64,000 bases of DNA from Clostridia bacterium (GCA_045643205.1 JAZUKI010000003.1:64001-128000); one strand, 5' to 3'; counted from the stretch's first letter, positions 49,163-60,642 are shown. The notes: generated from the letters alone by a model not told the origin. Translations and numbers: made by a program.

Positions 49163-49600
49163 TTAAATAAGGGAGAGCAAATCCCAGATCCATACATCAA
49201 TGCCATAGCCTGCATTGGATAAAAGAACTGCAAAATTGCTTCCAGCTGCCACCACTAATTCTGGGTTGGCAGCTTCAAGTTTTTTCATGGTCTCCATAAT
49301 ATCAACTAACATTTGTTTGTTCGAAGCACCATTGTGAATTTGGTGAATTTTAACTTTTTCAGGTTGTGCAGCTTTTTTAATTATTGCTGCAAGCAAACTG
49401 TAGGCAAGTGGATCTTCTGTAAAAACTTTATTACAGGTATCCACGTCGATTGGCGTTTCATTTTCTTCTTCAGTAGCATATACAACTACTGATCCAAAAA
49501 CGTCCCAAAGGCCAATAAGCCGTGAGTCAAAATTGCCTTCCCAAAGTTTGCGACAAATAGTGTTGTTTGGGCAGTACCCTTCATGTTCCCATTTAGCCAT
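49163..49600 (-). CDS. Hypothetical protein
   Basis: SD AGGAGGT, 145 aa, visibly more GC-rich than its neighbours. Confidence 0.65.
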   Translation of the reverse strand: MAKWEHEGYCPNNTICRKLWEGNFDSRLIGLWDVFGSVVVYATEEENETPIDVDTCNKVFTEDPLAYSLLAAIIKKAAQPEKVKIHQIHNGASNKQMLVDIMETMKKLEAANPELVVAAGSNFAVLLSNAGYGIDVWIWDLLSLI

Positions 49601-49894
49601 TTTTTTACCTCCTGAGGAATTATCCTCGATTTAAATTTCAGCCTTACAATATAGTGTAAGGAGGTGATGCATAAAAAATTTACATCACTTATATTATATA
49701 ATATTTAACATAATTTGTCAAAATTTACCTATTTAAAAACACGAAAACACTAGATATATTGGAAAAACTAAAAAATGTTTCAAACCAAATAAAAAATGCA
49801 ATAGTAGCGAATAAAAACAATTTCTATTGCATTACTATTGCATATAATAAAAAATGAACCCAAGCATTTACAAACACTTACAGGGCTCATAAAT

Positions 49895-49971
49895 TGGTGC
49901 GACCGAAGGGATTCGAACCCCCAACCTTTTGGTTCGTAGCCAAATGCGCTATCCAGTTACGCCACGGTCAC
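49895..49971 (-). tRNA. tRNA-Arg(ACG)
   Basis: TTTGG-CT-ACG-AA-CCAAA anticodon arm, GGTTCGAATCC, encoded CCA. Confidence 0.95.
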
Positions 49972-50100
49972 ATAACAACAATGATTATACTATTATTTGT
50001 AGCATTTTTCAATATGCTATATTTCAAATGATGAAAATTTGTTGAAAAATGTGAAATTATTATATATAATAGACCCAATTGTGAAAATAAGGAGAATGTA

Positions 50101-51333
50101 ATGGGAGAACCAAAATACAAAACAACAGAAACAGGAGCAAAGATTAATTTAGAGAAACCTCATAACAGAGCTACAGACGAATTATATGGAAATGAGACTC
50201 TAGAAGATGATTTAGTTCAAGAAATAGACCAAGAAATAGGTAACAAAAATGCTGAGGCACAAGTTAAGAAAAACAGAAAAAAATACATATTAGATGTTGT
50301 AATAATATTAGTTATTTTTGTAGGATTCTTAATTTATACAATTCAAAAAGATGGAATGCAAAATATTATAGCATTGATGGACAACTGCGATGGAAAATGG
50401 TTAGGAATAGCAGGATTATTCTTATTAGGAATGTGGGTTGCAGAAACAATTTCATTAGTACTTCCTATGAAAAAGATTTATCCAAACTTCAAAATATGGG
50501 ATTCATTCAGAATTACAATGATTGGCCAATTATTTAATAATTTAACACCATTTGCATCAGGCGGACAAGTAATGCAAGTTTATGTAATGAGTAAAGAAAA
50601 TAAAAGAGCTAGTGAAACATTATCAGTTCTTTCATTAAAATTCATTATTGGTCAAACAGTTTTAATAATATTTACATTATCAATTGTTTTATCACAATTT
50701 AATTTCTTTAAAGAATTATTTAAAGATTGGGTATGGGTTGGAATTATAGGAATTCTAATAAATATAGGAATTGTTATTTCGTTCTTCCTAGCAGGTACAA
50801 GAAAAAATTTTGTTTTAAAAATTGCAAAACCATTCATTAAACTAGGTAGCAAAATTAAATTTGGAAAGAAAAGATTAGTAAAAGATCCAGAAGATAAAAT
50901 TAATAAATTTAAAGGAAGCGTTGAACATTATAGCGAGCAATTTACAAAAATGGGAAGCCAAAAAGGTACTATCGCAGCAATGGTTATAATAAGTGTCTTC
51001 CAAAATTTATTTTATTATGCAATAACTTATGCAATATACAAAGCTTTTGGAAACAGTGGATACACATTCTTTGAAATAGTAACAACACAAGCTTTCTTAA
51101 TGCTTTTAATGTCATTTGTTCCAACACCAGGAGCAGGACTTGGAGCAGAAGGTGGCTTCTTAATATTATTCCAAGATATATTTAGAAACGGAACAATCAA
51201 TGTTTCAATCTTATTCTGGAGATTATTTATATTCTATTTACCAATAATATGTGGAGCGATATTCTTTATTCCAGCATATATTAAAATAGAAAAACAAAAT
51301 GAGAAAAAGAAGATAGAAAAAGTTGAAGCATAA
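50101..51333 (+). CDS. Lysylphosphatidylglycerol synthase TM-domain / flippase-like protein (UPF0104)
   Basis: GQLFNNLTPFASGGQ, PTPGAGLGAEGGF, WRLF.FY. Confidence 0.85.
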   Translation: MGEPKYKTTETGAKINLEKPHNRATDELYGNETLEDDLVQEIDQEIGNKNAEAQVKKNRKKYILDVVIILVIFVGFLIYTIQKDGMQNIIALMDNCDGKWLGIAGLFLLGMWVAETISLVLPMKKIYPNFKIWDSFRITMIGQLFNNLTPFASGGQVMQVYVMSKENKRASETLSVLSLKFIIGQTVLIIFTLSIVLSQFNFFKELFKDWVWVGIIGILINIGIVISFFLAGTRKNFVLKIAKPFIKLGSKIKFGKKRLVKDPEDKINKFKGSVEHYSEQFTKMGSQKGTIAAMVIISVFQNLFYYAITYAIYKAFGNSGYTFFEIVTTQAFLMLLMSFVPTPGAGLGAEGGFLILFQDIFRNGTINVSILFWRLFIFYLPIICGAIFFIPAYIKIEKQNEKKKIEKVEA

Positions 51334-51494
51334 ATAAAAATAGAAACATTTAAAACACAACAAGAACAAGGATAAAAAACAATAAAACATTTATAAATCA
51401 AGGGATTGAGAGAAATATTACATTCTCAAAAATTCCTTGATTTTAATTTTGCCATTACATATAATTTAAGTAATATTTTGAAAGGAGAAAATGT

Positions 51495-52178
51495 ATGAGA
51501 AAATATTTTGCAGAATTTTTAGGTACATTAGTACTTGTAACATTCGGATGTGGAATAGCTGTTGTTTCAGGCGGAAATCTAGTTGCTACAGCATTAGCTT
51601 TTGGTTTAGCAATTGTAGCTATGGCATATGTAATTGGAAACATTTCTGGTTGCCATGTAAATCCAGCAGTTTCATTAGCAATGTTAATTACAAAGAGAAT
51701 GGGTTTTAAAGATTTCATTTTTTATGTAATAGCTCAATTTTTAGGAGCAATCGCAGGAGCAGGATTATTATATTTAATCTTAAACAACACTGGAATGTCA
51801 TTATTAGGAAATATTCCTTTAGGAACAAACGGATTTGATGCTGCATCAGCTGTCAACATTAATATGACAGGAGCATTTATTACAGAAGTAGTATTAACTT
51901 GTGTATTTGTTTATACTATTTTAGGAGTAACAGGCGATGAGAAAAAAGGATCTGTTGCAGGAATAGTAATTGGTTTAACATTAACATTTGTTCATTTATT
52001 AGGAATTAATTTAACAGGAACATCAGTAAATCCTGCAAGAAGCTTTGGACCAGCATTAATTAGTGGTGGAGAAGCATTAGCTCAATCTTGGTTATTCATA
52101 GTAGCACCATTAGTAGGTGCAGCAATTGCAGCTTTAATATACATTATCTTAAATAAAAAGGAAGAAACAAAAGAATAA
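51495..52178 (+). CDS. MIP family channel (aquaporin Z-like)
   Basis: AEFLGT, SGCHVNPAVS, TSVNPARS. Confidence 0.93.
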   Translation: MRKYFAEFLGTLVLVTFGCGIAVVSGGNLVATALAFGLAIVAMAYVIGNISGCHVNPAVSLAMLITKRMGFKDFIFYVIAQFLGAIAGAGLLYLILNNTGMSLLGNIPLGTNGFDAASAVNINMTGAFITEVVLTCVFVYTILGVTGDEKKGSVAGIVIGLTLTFVHLLGINLTGTSVNPARSFGPALISGGEALAQSWLFIVAPLVGAAIAALIYIILNKKEETKE

Positions 52179-52280
52179 TTGAACATAAGACAAAATAAGC
52201 GATTCACTATTATATAGCGAGTAATCAAAATTATTTAATAAGACAACAAAAAAAGACTGGAAAAATCCAGTCTTTTAGTT

Positions 52281-52357
<77 letters not shown>

Positions 52358-52460
52358 ATGTATCTATGACAAAGAATATATTAACATATTTAAAGCCAAG
52401 TGTCAATATTTTTGATTTTTATATTTTAAAATGATATAATTTCAGCCGAAAGGAAGATAT

Positions 52461-53024
52461 ATGATAGTAGCACTTTTTGGTATTACAGGTGTAGGAAAAT
52501 CTTTTTTTACAGACAGCATTTGTAATAAATTAAATTTTAATAAAATATTAGCAATTCGTACTAGAGAGCCACGTGAAGGCGAAATAAATGGAGTTACAGG
52601 ATTTTTCACAACTCCAGAAGAACTAGATGAATTAGACAAAAAAGGTGAAATATTCTATAGATTTGGTGTTTTTGGTGGAGAATATGCTTATTTTAAAAAG
52701 CAGGTGGAGGCACAAGGAAACAAAATATTTGAAATGCATTACACACAATTAGATGATTGGAAAAAATTATGTGATGACTTGGTTTCAATATACATACTAC
52801 CTCAATCAATGGAAGAAGCAAAAAATAGAATTTATGCCAGACATCTTTCTAAAGATAAAGAAGAAGTTAGATTAAAAGAAATTGAAGAACAATATGAAGC
52901 AGTAGTAAATAACAAAGATGTAATTGAAAAATTTGACTATGTTTTTACTAATAATTATGATCAAGATTCAGAAGAAAAAATGATTGAATTAATTCAAACA
53001 ATAATAAATTCGGAGAAGAAATAA
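52461..53024 (+). CDS. Guanylate kinase-like P-loop kinase
   Basis: GITGVGKS, RTREPREGEING, FDYVFTN. Confidence 0.78.
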   Translation: MIVALFGITGVGKSFFTDSICNKLNFNKILAIRTREPREGEINGVTGFFTTPEELDELDKKGEIFYRFGVFGGEYAYFKKQVEAQGNKIFEMHYTQLDDWKKLCDDLVSIYILPQSMEEAKNRIYARHLSKDKEEVRLKEIEEQYEAVVNNKDVIEKFDYVFTNNYDQDSEEKMIELIQTIINSEKK

Positions 53025-53876
53025 ATGCAAGATTTTTTTAAGTTAGATGAAGATTTTAATGAAATAATTAAAAATGTTTTATCAGAAAAAAACATTACAG
53101 AAATAGATGATATTCAAATGATTACAACAGGTTGGACAAACATTGTTTTCAAGGCGTCTTGTAAAGATGAAAAGTATTATTTTAGATTTCCAAGAGATGA
53201 CTTTTGGGAAAGAACAATTGTAAAAGATTATGAGTTTTGCAAATACATAACAGGTAAAACATCTTTTGAAACATGTAAATTAGAATTACATTACGATAGA
53301 GAAAGACCATTTAGTGTTCATAAAGAAGTACCAGGAAAGTCACTTGCAAGTGTAATGAATGAGTTGAAACAAGAAGATATTGAAAGAGTTTCAAAACAAA
53401 TTGCCAAATTCATGTATGAACTTCATAACTTAAAATATGATAAATCTGAAGTGTTTGATATTACTACAAATATAGGAAGAGATTTAAATGATTTTATAGA
53501 AGAATTATTAAGAGTTCATGTAAGCGATGAAGATTACGAGTTTTGGAAAAAAGATGATTTAATTGACAAAACAAGTGATGAAAGATGTTTAGTTCACGGA
53601 GATTTAAATTCAAGTAATATTATTTTAGATGAAGATAATAACTTAAAAGCAATTATAGATTTTGGTTTCGGAGGATTTGGAAACAAATATAACGACATAG
53701 CAAGAATAATTGGAAGATGTCCAGAACGTTTTAAAGAAGCTATATATAAGAGTTACGAAAAATTAGAAAACAAAGAACTTAATAAAGAAGAACTAGATAG
53801 AGAAATAATGGTTTGGAATAAAATAGATAGCAGTTATATAAATTACATGAGAACAATAGGAATATATGAGGGATAA
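53025..53876 (+). CDS. APH/choline-kinase family phosphotransferase
   Basis: GWTN.VF, YFRFP, Brenner motif HGDLNSSN, IIDFG. Confidence 0.82.
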   Translation: MQDFFKLDEDFNEIIKNVLSEKNITEIDDIQMITTGWTNIVFKASCKDEKYYFRFPRDDFWERTIVKDYEFCKYITGKTSFETCKLELHYDRERPFSVHKEVPGKSLASVMNELKQEDIERVSKQIAKFMYELHNLKYDKSEVFDITTNIGRDLNDFIEELLRVHVSDEDYEFWKKDDLIDKTSDERCLVHGDLNSSNIILDEDNNLKAIIDFGFGGFGNKYNDIARIIGRCPERFKEAIYKSYEKLENKELNKEELDREIMVWNKIDSSYINYMRTIGIYEG

Positions 53877-54660
53877 AATGATAAATATTGAGAAGGCAAA
53901 AGAAGAATTTTTAAAATATACAGCAGGTTATGATCATGATTCTGAAAAAATAAAAAGAAAAGAAATTCACTCATTAAGAGTTGTTGAAAAGAGTGATATG
54001 ATTGCTGATTACTTAAATTTGAATGAAGAAGATAGAAAACTAGCTGAATTAATCGGATTACTTCATGACATTGGAAGATTTGAACAAATAAGAAGATTTG
54101 ATACTTTTAGCGATGTAAAAAGTGGAGTAAATCACGGAGAATTAGGCACTGAAATTTTATTTAAAGATGGTTTAATCAGAAGATTTATTGAAGAAGATAA
54201 GTATGATGAAATTATCAGAAGAGCAATAATTAATCACAACAAAACATATATAGACACAGATTTAAATGAAAGAGAATTATTGTTTACAAAAATAATAAGA
54301 GATGCCGACAAGGCTGATATAATGTATATTATAGCAACAGAGGAAATATACACTAATATGACACCAGAAGAATATAATACAGGTGCAATTAACGAAGAAT
54401 TAATGAAACAATTTTTAAAAGATGGTTTCTTGGATTACAAATTAATAGATACACATAGCGATACATTATTAACAAGTTATGCAATGCTTGCAAATGTTTA
54501 TTATCCTGTAACTGCAAAATATATTTTGGATGGGAAATTAGTAGATATTTATACACAAAAGGTTTACGACACATATACAAATCCAGCGTTTATAAATGAT
54601 ATTGAAGTTTGTCACAAAGTTTCATATGACAGATTAAAAAAGATTGCTAAAATGCAATAG
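53866..54660 (+). CDS. HD-domain phosphohydrolase
   Basis: HSLRV, LLHDIGRFEQ, NHG, HN, IIRDADK.D. Confidence 0.85.
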   Translation: MRDKMINIEKAKEEFLKYTAGYDHDSEKIKRKEIHSLRVVEKSDMIADYLNLNEEDRKLAELIGLLHDIGRFEQIRRFDTFSDVKSGVNHGELGTEILFKDGLIRRFIEEDKYDEIIRRAIINHNKTYIDTDLNERELLFTKIIRDADKADIMYIIATEEIYTNMTPEEYNTGAINEELMKQFLKDGFLDYKLIDTHSDTLLTSYAMLANVYYPVTAKYILDGKLVDIYTQKVYDTYTNPAFINDIEVCHKVSYDRLKKIAKMQ

Positions 54661-54745
54661 ATTAAGTTGTTTATAAAAAAACGCAGTGCTATAATAACAG
54701 CGAATAAGCATAAAAAAGTAAAATTGTTTTAAGAAAGGAGAGATT

Positions 54746-56125
54746 ATGTCAGAAGAATTAACAAAAGAAGACCTAGAAGAAGTTAATAGTAAAGAGTTTG
54801 AAGACGTTAATACTACTGATGATCTTGCCAAAACAAACGATGTTTCAAAAGAAGAAAATGTAAACGATGTTGCAGCAAAGAAAATAATGGGCAATATTGA
54901 TTTGAGCGAAATAGAAAAAACACATTTACAAATTGAAACAATTTTTTCACAAGTTGCTGAAAAATATATAGAACCATATTATAAAACAGTTGATGAATGT
55001 GAAATTTATGAAAAGGCTGCAAAGGATATAGGATTACAAAGAGATTTTAAATCATTTGACAAAACAGAAATGAAAAGGTTAATGGATGAATTAACTGGAA
55101 GTATGGACTTAATAAAGGGAAGATCAGATGAAATTTGCGAAAAAATAGCAGATATAGACTTAACAAATAAAGAATATAAAGGTTCAACAAAAATACCACT
55201 AGAACAAACAAAAAAATTAAATGAAGCATTTGGTACAACTATAGATTTAATAGCTATTACAAGAGAAATAGAAAGTTGCATGCAAGAGGACGATGAAAGT
55301 ATTACACCAATCAACGACTTATATAGCAAACAAATAGAAGTTGTTAAAAGTACTTTTGTAGAATCTTTAAATGAAGAGATTACTAATTTAATAGCAGACA
55401 GTAAAATTTTAAATTTTAAAATTAAACAAAAATTAATATTAAAAGAAAAAGTTTCTCCATTAGAAAGAATAATGGGAAAAAACAAGTTGAAAGCAGCACA
55501 AATTCTTAACTATGATTTATTAGCTGAGAGAGCAGAAATATTAAGAAGCGAAGATTTAGGCGCTAAAAATATTGGAGAAAGTGTTCTAAAATTATATAAA
55601 TATATTTCAACAATCCCAGAAAAATATTACACACAAGGAATTGCTGATTTAATTGAAAATTTATCAGAATCTGGTGCTTGCAAACAATTAATAAGAGAGG
55701 CAAAAAAAGAAAGAGCAAGAGAAATAGAAGAACAACGCAAAATGTATGAACGTGGTGAAGAAATAGAAAATGAAATAACACCAGAAAAAATAAATGAAGA
55801 GAAATCACAAAAACAATTAGAAAAAGAATTTGCTGAAAATTCTTTAATGATAATAGGTAGACAAGATAAATTTTTCAAACCTTATAGAAAGGAAACAGAA
55901 AAATTACAAGCAAGAAATGAAGAACTAAAAAGGGAAATTGCAAATCTAAAAAAAATCTTTGGTAAGAATAAAAAAGGTGCAAAGAACTATATGAGAGAAA
56001 GCGTAAATAGAGAAAATCAAGAAAAGATCACAAATAGAATCAAAACAGTTATTGCTTGTTTATATGGTAAAGCAAAGGATAGAAAAAGAGAACAACAAAC
56101 ACAAATAGAAGAATCAGAAAGATAA
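54746..56125 (+). CDS. Hypothetical coiled-coil protein
   Basis: 459-aa ORF, SD AAAGGAG, no recognisable motif. Confidence 0.75.
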   Translation: MSEELTKEDLEEVNSKEFEDVNTTDDLAKTNDVSKEENVNDVAAKKIMGNIDLSEIEKTHLQIETIFSQVAEKYIEPYYKTVDECEIYEKAAKDIGLQRDFKSFDKTEMKRLMDELTGSMDLIKGRSDEICEKIADIDLTNKEYKGSTKIPLEQTKKLNEAFGTTIDLIAITREIESCMQEDDESITPINDLYSKQIEVVKSTFVESLNEEITNLIADSKILNFKIKQKLILKEKVSPLERIMGKNKLKAAQILNYDLLAERAEILRSEDLGAKNIGESVLKLYKYISTIPEKYYTQGIADLIENLSESGACKQLIREAKKERAREIEEQRKMYERGEEIENEITPEKINEEKSQKQLEKEFAENSLMIIGRQDKFFKPYRKETEKLQARNEELKREIANLKKIFGKNKKGAKNYMRESVNRENQEKITNRIKTVIACLYGKAKDRKREQQTQIEESER

Positions 56126-56191
56126 AACAAACAGAAACATAAGATAAAAGAAAAAATATAAGAGATAATGAAAAGTGAAAGAGGAAAAATA

Positions 56192-56689
56192 ATGGCAGAA
56201 TCAAAAAGCAAAAAAACAAAGAATACACAAGAACAACAAAATCAACAAGAAAACCAAGGGGCACAAGCACAACAAAATCAACAAACAAATCAAGGCACTC
56301 AAAAACAACAAAACCAACAACCTAATCAAAAGTACACACCAAGACAATTTAATTATCAAGTTAATCCACAAGATAAGGTTAGATCAATTTTAGGATATGT
56401 TCTTGTTGTATGTGCAATAGTATTTTTATGTATGGATGATACAAGCAAACATTCAAAATTCCATTGTGCACAATCTATATGCTTATGGGTTGTAGCATTA
56501 GCAAGTGCAATTTTAGCAGTTATCCCAATATTAGGAATAGTAATTACAGCGTGTGTTTCATGTGCAGTATTTATATTTGCTGTATGGGGAATAATACAAG
56601 TTGCTCAAGATACACCAAATCCAGCATTACCATTAGTTGGAGATATTGCATATAGCATATTTGGAACAACAATAGAAAAAGGAAGATAA
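56192..56689 (+). CDS. DUF4870-like membrane protein with Q/N-rich N-terminal repeats
   Basis: QQNQQ repeats; KFHCAQS, three TM helices, LPLVG. Confidence 0.72.
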   Translation: MAESKSKKTKNTQEQQNQQENQGAQAQQNQQTNQGTQKQQNQQPNQKYTPRQFNYQVNPQDKVRSILGYVLVVCAIVFLCMDDTSKHSKFHCAQSICLWVVALASAILAVIPILGIVITACVSCAVFIFAVWGIIQVAQDTPNPALPLVGDIAYSIFGTTIEKGR

Positions 56690-56700
56690 AATAAAAAATC

Positions 56701-59112
56701 ATGAATAGATATAAACCAGAATTAAATTTCGGGTTAGATGAAGTGCAGGTACAAGAGAGATTTAGAGAAGGATATTATAATAAAGAGGCATCAAGGAAAA
56801 CAAAATCAGTTCCTCAAATCTTGAAAGAAAATACATGCACTTTATTTAATCTAGTAAACCTAATATTAGGAATATTTATTATTGCAGTAGGATCATATAA
56901 AAATTTATTCTTTTTGTTTATCGCAATTTGTAATACTGCAATAAGTACAATCCAAGAGTTAATGGCTAAGAAAGAAATAGATAAACTTTCAATTTTAACT
57001 CAAACAAAGAACACAGTAATGAGAAGCGGAAAAGAGATAGATATTCCGATAAATGAAATTGTTTTAGATGATGTAATAATGTATTCTTCAGGAAATCAAA
57101 TTTGTGTAGATAGTATAATTGAAGAAGGCGAAGTAGAAGTCAATGAATCATTTATTACAGGTGAGTCAGATACTATTTATAAAAAGAAAGGCGACATGCT
57201 TTTATCAGGAAGCTTTATAGTAAGTGGTAGAGCAATAGCAAGAGTTGAACACGTTGGTAAAGACAATTACACAACACAAATTTATGAAGGTACAAAATAT
57301 ATTAAGAAAACAAATTCAGAAATAATGAAAACATTACGTGGAATAATTAAAGTTATGACTTTAATTATAATTCCACTAGGAACAATTTTATATATTAAGC
57401 AAATTAATATTCCAAACAATACAACTCAATTATCAGTAGTAAACACAATAGCAGCAGTTATTGGAATGATACCAGAAGGATTGATGCTACTAACATCAAG
57501 TGTTTTAGCTCTAGCAAGTATTCGTCTTGCAAGAAAAAATGTAATGGTACAACAAATTTATTGCATTGAAACATTAGCAAGAGTTGATACTATTTGTTTC
57601 GACAAAACCGGAACATTAACTATTGGAAAAATGAAAGTAACAAAAGTTGTTTCACTAGATGAAACAACACATGATAATAATTACATTAGCAACGTTTTAG
57701 CAAACATGATGAAAGAATTAGAAGACAATAATACAACAGCTAATGCTGTTAGAGAGTATGCACATAATATTAAAGAAAAGTTTTTAGTAAAAAAGAAAAT
57801 TCCTTTTTCATCAAAATTAAAATATTCAGGAGTTGATTTTGAAGAAGGGAGTTACAAACTTGGTGCAAGTGAATTTATTTTAGATGAAACAAAGTTCACA
57901 ACAAAATTAGTTAATGGAAAAACTTTAAAAGAAACAATTGATGAATACTCGGCAGATTATAGAGTAATGACATTAACTGAAAATGGCGAACCTATAGCAC
58001 TAGTTTTAATTTCAGATATTATAAGAAAAGAAGCAAAAGAAACAATAAATTATTTCAAAGATCAAAAGGTAAATATAAAAATTATATCTGGAGACAATCC
58101 AATTACAGTTTCTAAAATTGCAAAAGAATGCGATATAGAAAATTATGATAGATATCTTGATATGACAACATTAAAAGAGAGCGATGATCTTAAAGAAATA
58201 GTAGAGAAATATACTATCTTTGGAAGAGTTACACCAAATCAAAAGAAAGAATTAATAATAGCATTAAAAGAAAATGGACATACAACAGCAATGACGGGTG
58301 ATGGTGTAAATGATGTTTTAGCATTAAAAGAATCAGACTGTTCAATAGCTATGGCCAATGGAAGTGATGCAACAAAGAATATTTCAGAAATTGTTTTAAC
58401 AGATTCAAATTTTGCATCAATGCCTAAAATAGTTCAAGAAGGAAGACAATCAATAAATAATATACAACGTTCAGCATCATTATTCTTAACAAAAACAACA
58501 TTTTCAACGATACTTGCATTAATATTCTTATTTGCAACTAGATCATATCCATTTATGCCAATACAAATGGGCGTTATAAATTTAGTATGTATAGGAATTC
58601 CATCATTCTTGTTAGCTTTAGAATTAAACAAGGAAAGAGTAAAAGGAAGTTTCTTAAAAAATATTATAAAGAAATCACTTCCAACTGGACTTACTGTAGT
58701 TTTTGAAATTATATTATTAACAATATTAGCAGATGTATATAGTGTTTCACAAATAGAATACTCAACATTGTGTATAGTAGGTGTCGCAACAACCGGATTA
58801 ATGCTTCTATATCAACTTGCTTACAAAACAAAATATGAAAGGAAAGTTGAAGCAGAGGATAAAAAGAGAATTATTCGATTGCCATTCTCAATATACAGAT
58901 TAGCAGTAGCAATATTAATGACATTAGGATTTATAGCAGAAGTGACAATAGGAAAAGACTTATTTGATATAAAAGCAATTTATGAATTGTGGCCAAATGT
59001 AGCATTTACAGTAGTTACAACAGCATGCATTTTTATAGCATTAAATTTCTTAATAAAATTAATATTTAAAACAAAACATAAAATAGAAAAAAGAGAAGAC
59101 GAGGAAGAATAA
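56701..59112 (+). CDS. Cation-transporting P-type ATPase (CtpE-like)
   Basis: TGES, IPEGL, DKTGT, SGD, TGDGVND. Confidence 0.93.
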   Translation: MNRYKPELNFGLDEVQVQERFREGYYNKEASRKTKSVPQILKENTCTLFNLVNLILGIFIIAVGSYKNLFFLFIAICNTAISTIQELMAKKEIDKLSILTQTKNTVMRSGKEIDIPINEIVLDDVIMYSSGNQICVDSIIEEGEVEVNESFITGESDTIYKKKGDMLLSGSFIVSGRAIARVEHVGKDNYTTQIYEGTKYIKKTNSEIMKTLRGIIKVMTLIIIPLGTILYIKQINIPNNTTQLSVVNTIAAVIGMIPEGLMLLTSSVLALASIRLARKNVMVQQIYCIETLARVDTICFDKTGTLTIGKMKVTKVVSLDETTHDNNYISNVLANMMKELEDNNTTANAVREYAHNIKEKFLVKKKIPFSSKLKYSGVDFEEGSYKLGASEFILDETKFTTKLVNGKTLKETIDEYSADYRVMTLTENGEPIALVLISDIIRKEAKETINYFKDQKVNIKIISGDNPITVSKIAKECDIENYDRYLDMTTLKESDDLKEIVEKYTIFGRVTPNQKKELIIALKENGHTTAMTGDGVNDVLALKESDCSIAMANGSDATKNISEIVLTDSNFASMPKIVQEGRQSINNIQRSASLFLTKTTFSTILALIFLFATRSYPFMPIQMGVINLVCIGIPSFLLALELNKERVKGSFLKNIIKKSLPTGLTVVFEIILLTILADVYSVSQIEYSTLCIVGVATTGLMLLYQLAYKTKYERKVEAEDKKRIIRLPFSIYRLAVAILMTLGFIAEVTIGKDLFDIKAIYELWPNVAFTVVTTACIFIALNFLIKLIFKTKHKIEKREDEEE

Positions 59113-59248
59113 AAATAAAAAAAGAATAAATAAGAAAAACAAATAAAAAAAGGTGACTAGAATTTCTAGACACCTTTTTTATAGTTTGTAAACTTCCAGC
59201 TAAGCCGAGGATATTTATTTTATTTAGATTATGGTTTAACTATTCATT

Positions 59249-60373
59249 TTATAGTTTAATTATTTGTTCCCAAGGTAAATAGTCTTTACCGAAGTGACCA
59301 TAGTTTGTAGTTTTCTTATAAATTGGCTTTTGCAAATCTAGAGTTTTAATAATTCCATAAGGAGTTAAATCAAAGTTTGTTTTTATTAAATCAATTAAAA
59401 ATTCTTCACTATATTTTGATATTCCAAATGTATCAACTGCAATTGAAATAGGCTCAGCAATACCAATACCATAGGCAATTTGAATTTCACATTTTTTAGC
59501 GTAGCCATTAGCAACTAAATTTTTTGCAACATATCTTGCCATATAAGAGGCAGATCTATCAACTTTTGTAGGATCTTTACCAGAGAATGCACCACCACCA
59601 TGATGAGCAACGCCGCCATAAGTATCAACAATGATTTTTCTACCAGTCAAACCACTATCTCCTAAAGGTCCACCAATAACAAATTTACCTGTAGGATTAA
59701 ATAAAAATTTAAAATCAGATAGATATTTTTCAGGTATTACAGCTTTTACAACCTTGTTTAAAACATCTTGTTTTAAATCATCTAAATCAATATTATCAAC
59801 ATGTTGAGATGAAATTAAAATTGTATCAACATCAAGAGGAAGTCCATTACTAGTGAATCTAAAAGTAACTTGAACTTTTCCATCTGGTTTTAAGAATGGA
59901 ATATCACCGTTTTTTCGAACTTCAGCAAGTTTTGCAGCAAGTTTATGAGCATAATAAATTGTAATAGGCATGTAGTTATCTGTTTCATCAGTTGCATAGC
60001 CAAACATTAAACCTTGATCACCTGCACCAAGTTTTTTATCATCTAAACTATTATCCACACCTTGTGCGATATCTGGGGATTGTTGAGATACATTAATTAG
60101 AATTTCACAATTTCTATAATCTATTCCAGTTTTAACATCATCATATCCAATTTCTTTTATTGTATTTCTTGTAATTTGATCAATATCAACTTTAGCTCTT
60201 GTTGTAATTTCACCGGTAATAAAAATTTTTCCCTTTCCAGCGACAACCTCGCAAGCAACTCTTGAGGTTGGATCCTGAATTAAACATGCATCCAAAATAC
60301 TATCTGAAATATAATCACATAATTTATCTGGATGTCCTTCTGTAACACTTTCACTTGTAAATAATTTATTCAT
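59249..60373 (-). CDS. metK: S-adenosylmethionine synthetase
   Basis: [28 protein letters not shown]; true start is the ATG at 60373 after GAAAGG. Confidence 0.96.
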   Translation of the reverse strand: MNKLFTSESVTEGHPDKLCDYISDSILDACLIQDPTSRVACEVVAGKGKIFITGEITTRAKVDIDQITRNTIKEIGYDDVKTGIDYRNCEILINVSQQSPDIAQGVDNSLDDKKLGAGDQGLMFGYATDETDNYMPITIYYAHKLAAKLAEVRKNGDIPFLKPDGKVQVTFRFTSNGLPLDVDTILISSQHVDNIDLDDLKQDVLNKVVKAVIPEKYLSDFKFLFNPTGKFVIGGPLGDSGLTGRKIIVDTYGGVAHHGGGAFSGKDPTKVDRSASYMARYVAKNLVANGYAKKCEIQIAYGIGIAEPISIAVDTFGISKYSEEFLIDLIKTNFDLTPYGIIKTLDLQKPIYKKTTNYGHFGKDYLPWEQIIKL

Positions 60374-60409
60374 AAAAAATTCCTTTCTGATGAGCTTTAT
60401 TTTAAGAAA

Positions 60410-60437
60410 CAAAAACTCCTCGCAAAAGCGAGGAGTT
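60410..60437 (-). terminator. Riboswitch expression-platform terminator
   Basis: AACTCCTCGC-TTTT-GCGAGGAGTTTTT on the minus strand, between the aptamer and metK. Confidence 0.85.
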
Positions 60438-60456
60438 AAAACTTTAATGTTCATAA

Positions 60457-60556
60457 AATTTATCATCCAAAGCTTTGCTTTGTCGGTTTTAGCACCTAAC
60501 TCAATAGGTTGCTGTGGAGTCGTCGAGCCGATTCTCTCATCCACTCAAGATAAGTT
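60457..60556 (-). ncRNA. SAM-I (S-box) riboswitch
   Basis: CTTATC.TGAG.GG.TGAGAGA..GGCTCGA.GA..CC..AGCAACC...GGTGCTAA...GATAA; lies upstream of metK. Confidence 0.9.
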
Positions 60557-60642
60557 TTAATTTTTATTATAATAAAATAATAATATTAGATGTCAATACT
60601 ATTTAATTTTATTATTTACAATAATCAACTTTATAATATAAA

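Noticed and set aside
53025-53876. Aminoglycoside resistance gene
   Set aside because: Only generic APH-fold motifs are present, with no mobile context and host-like composition.
60374-60544. N-terminal extension of MetK in the ORF track
   Set aside because: It overlaps the SAM-I riboswitch and terminator. The real start is the ATG at 60373 with an SD.
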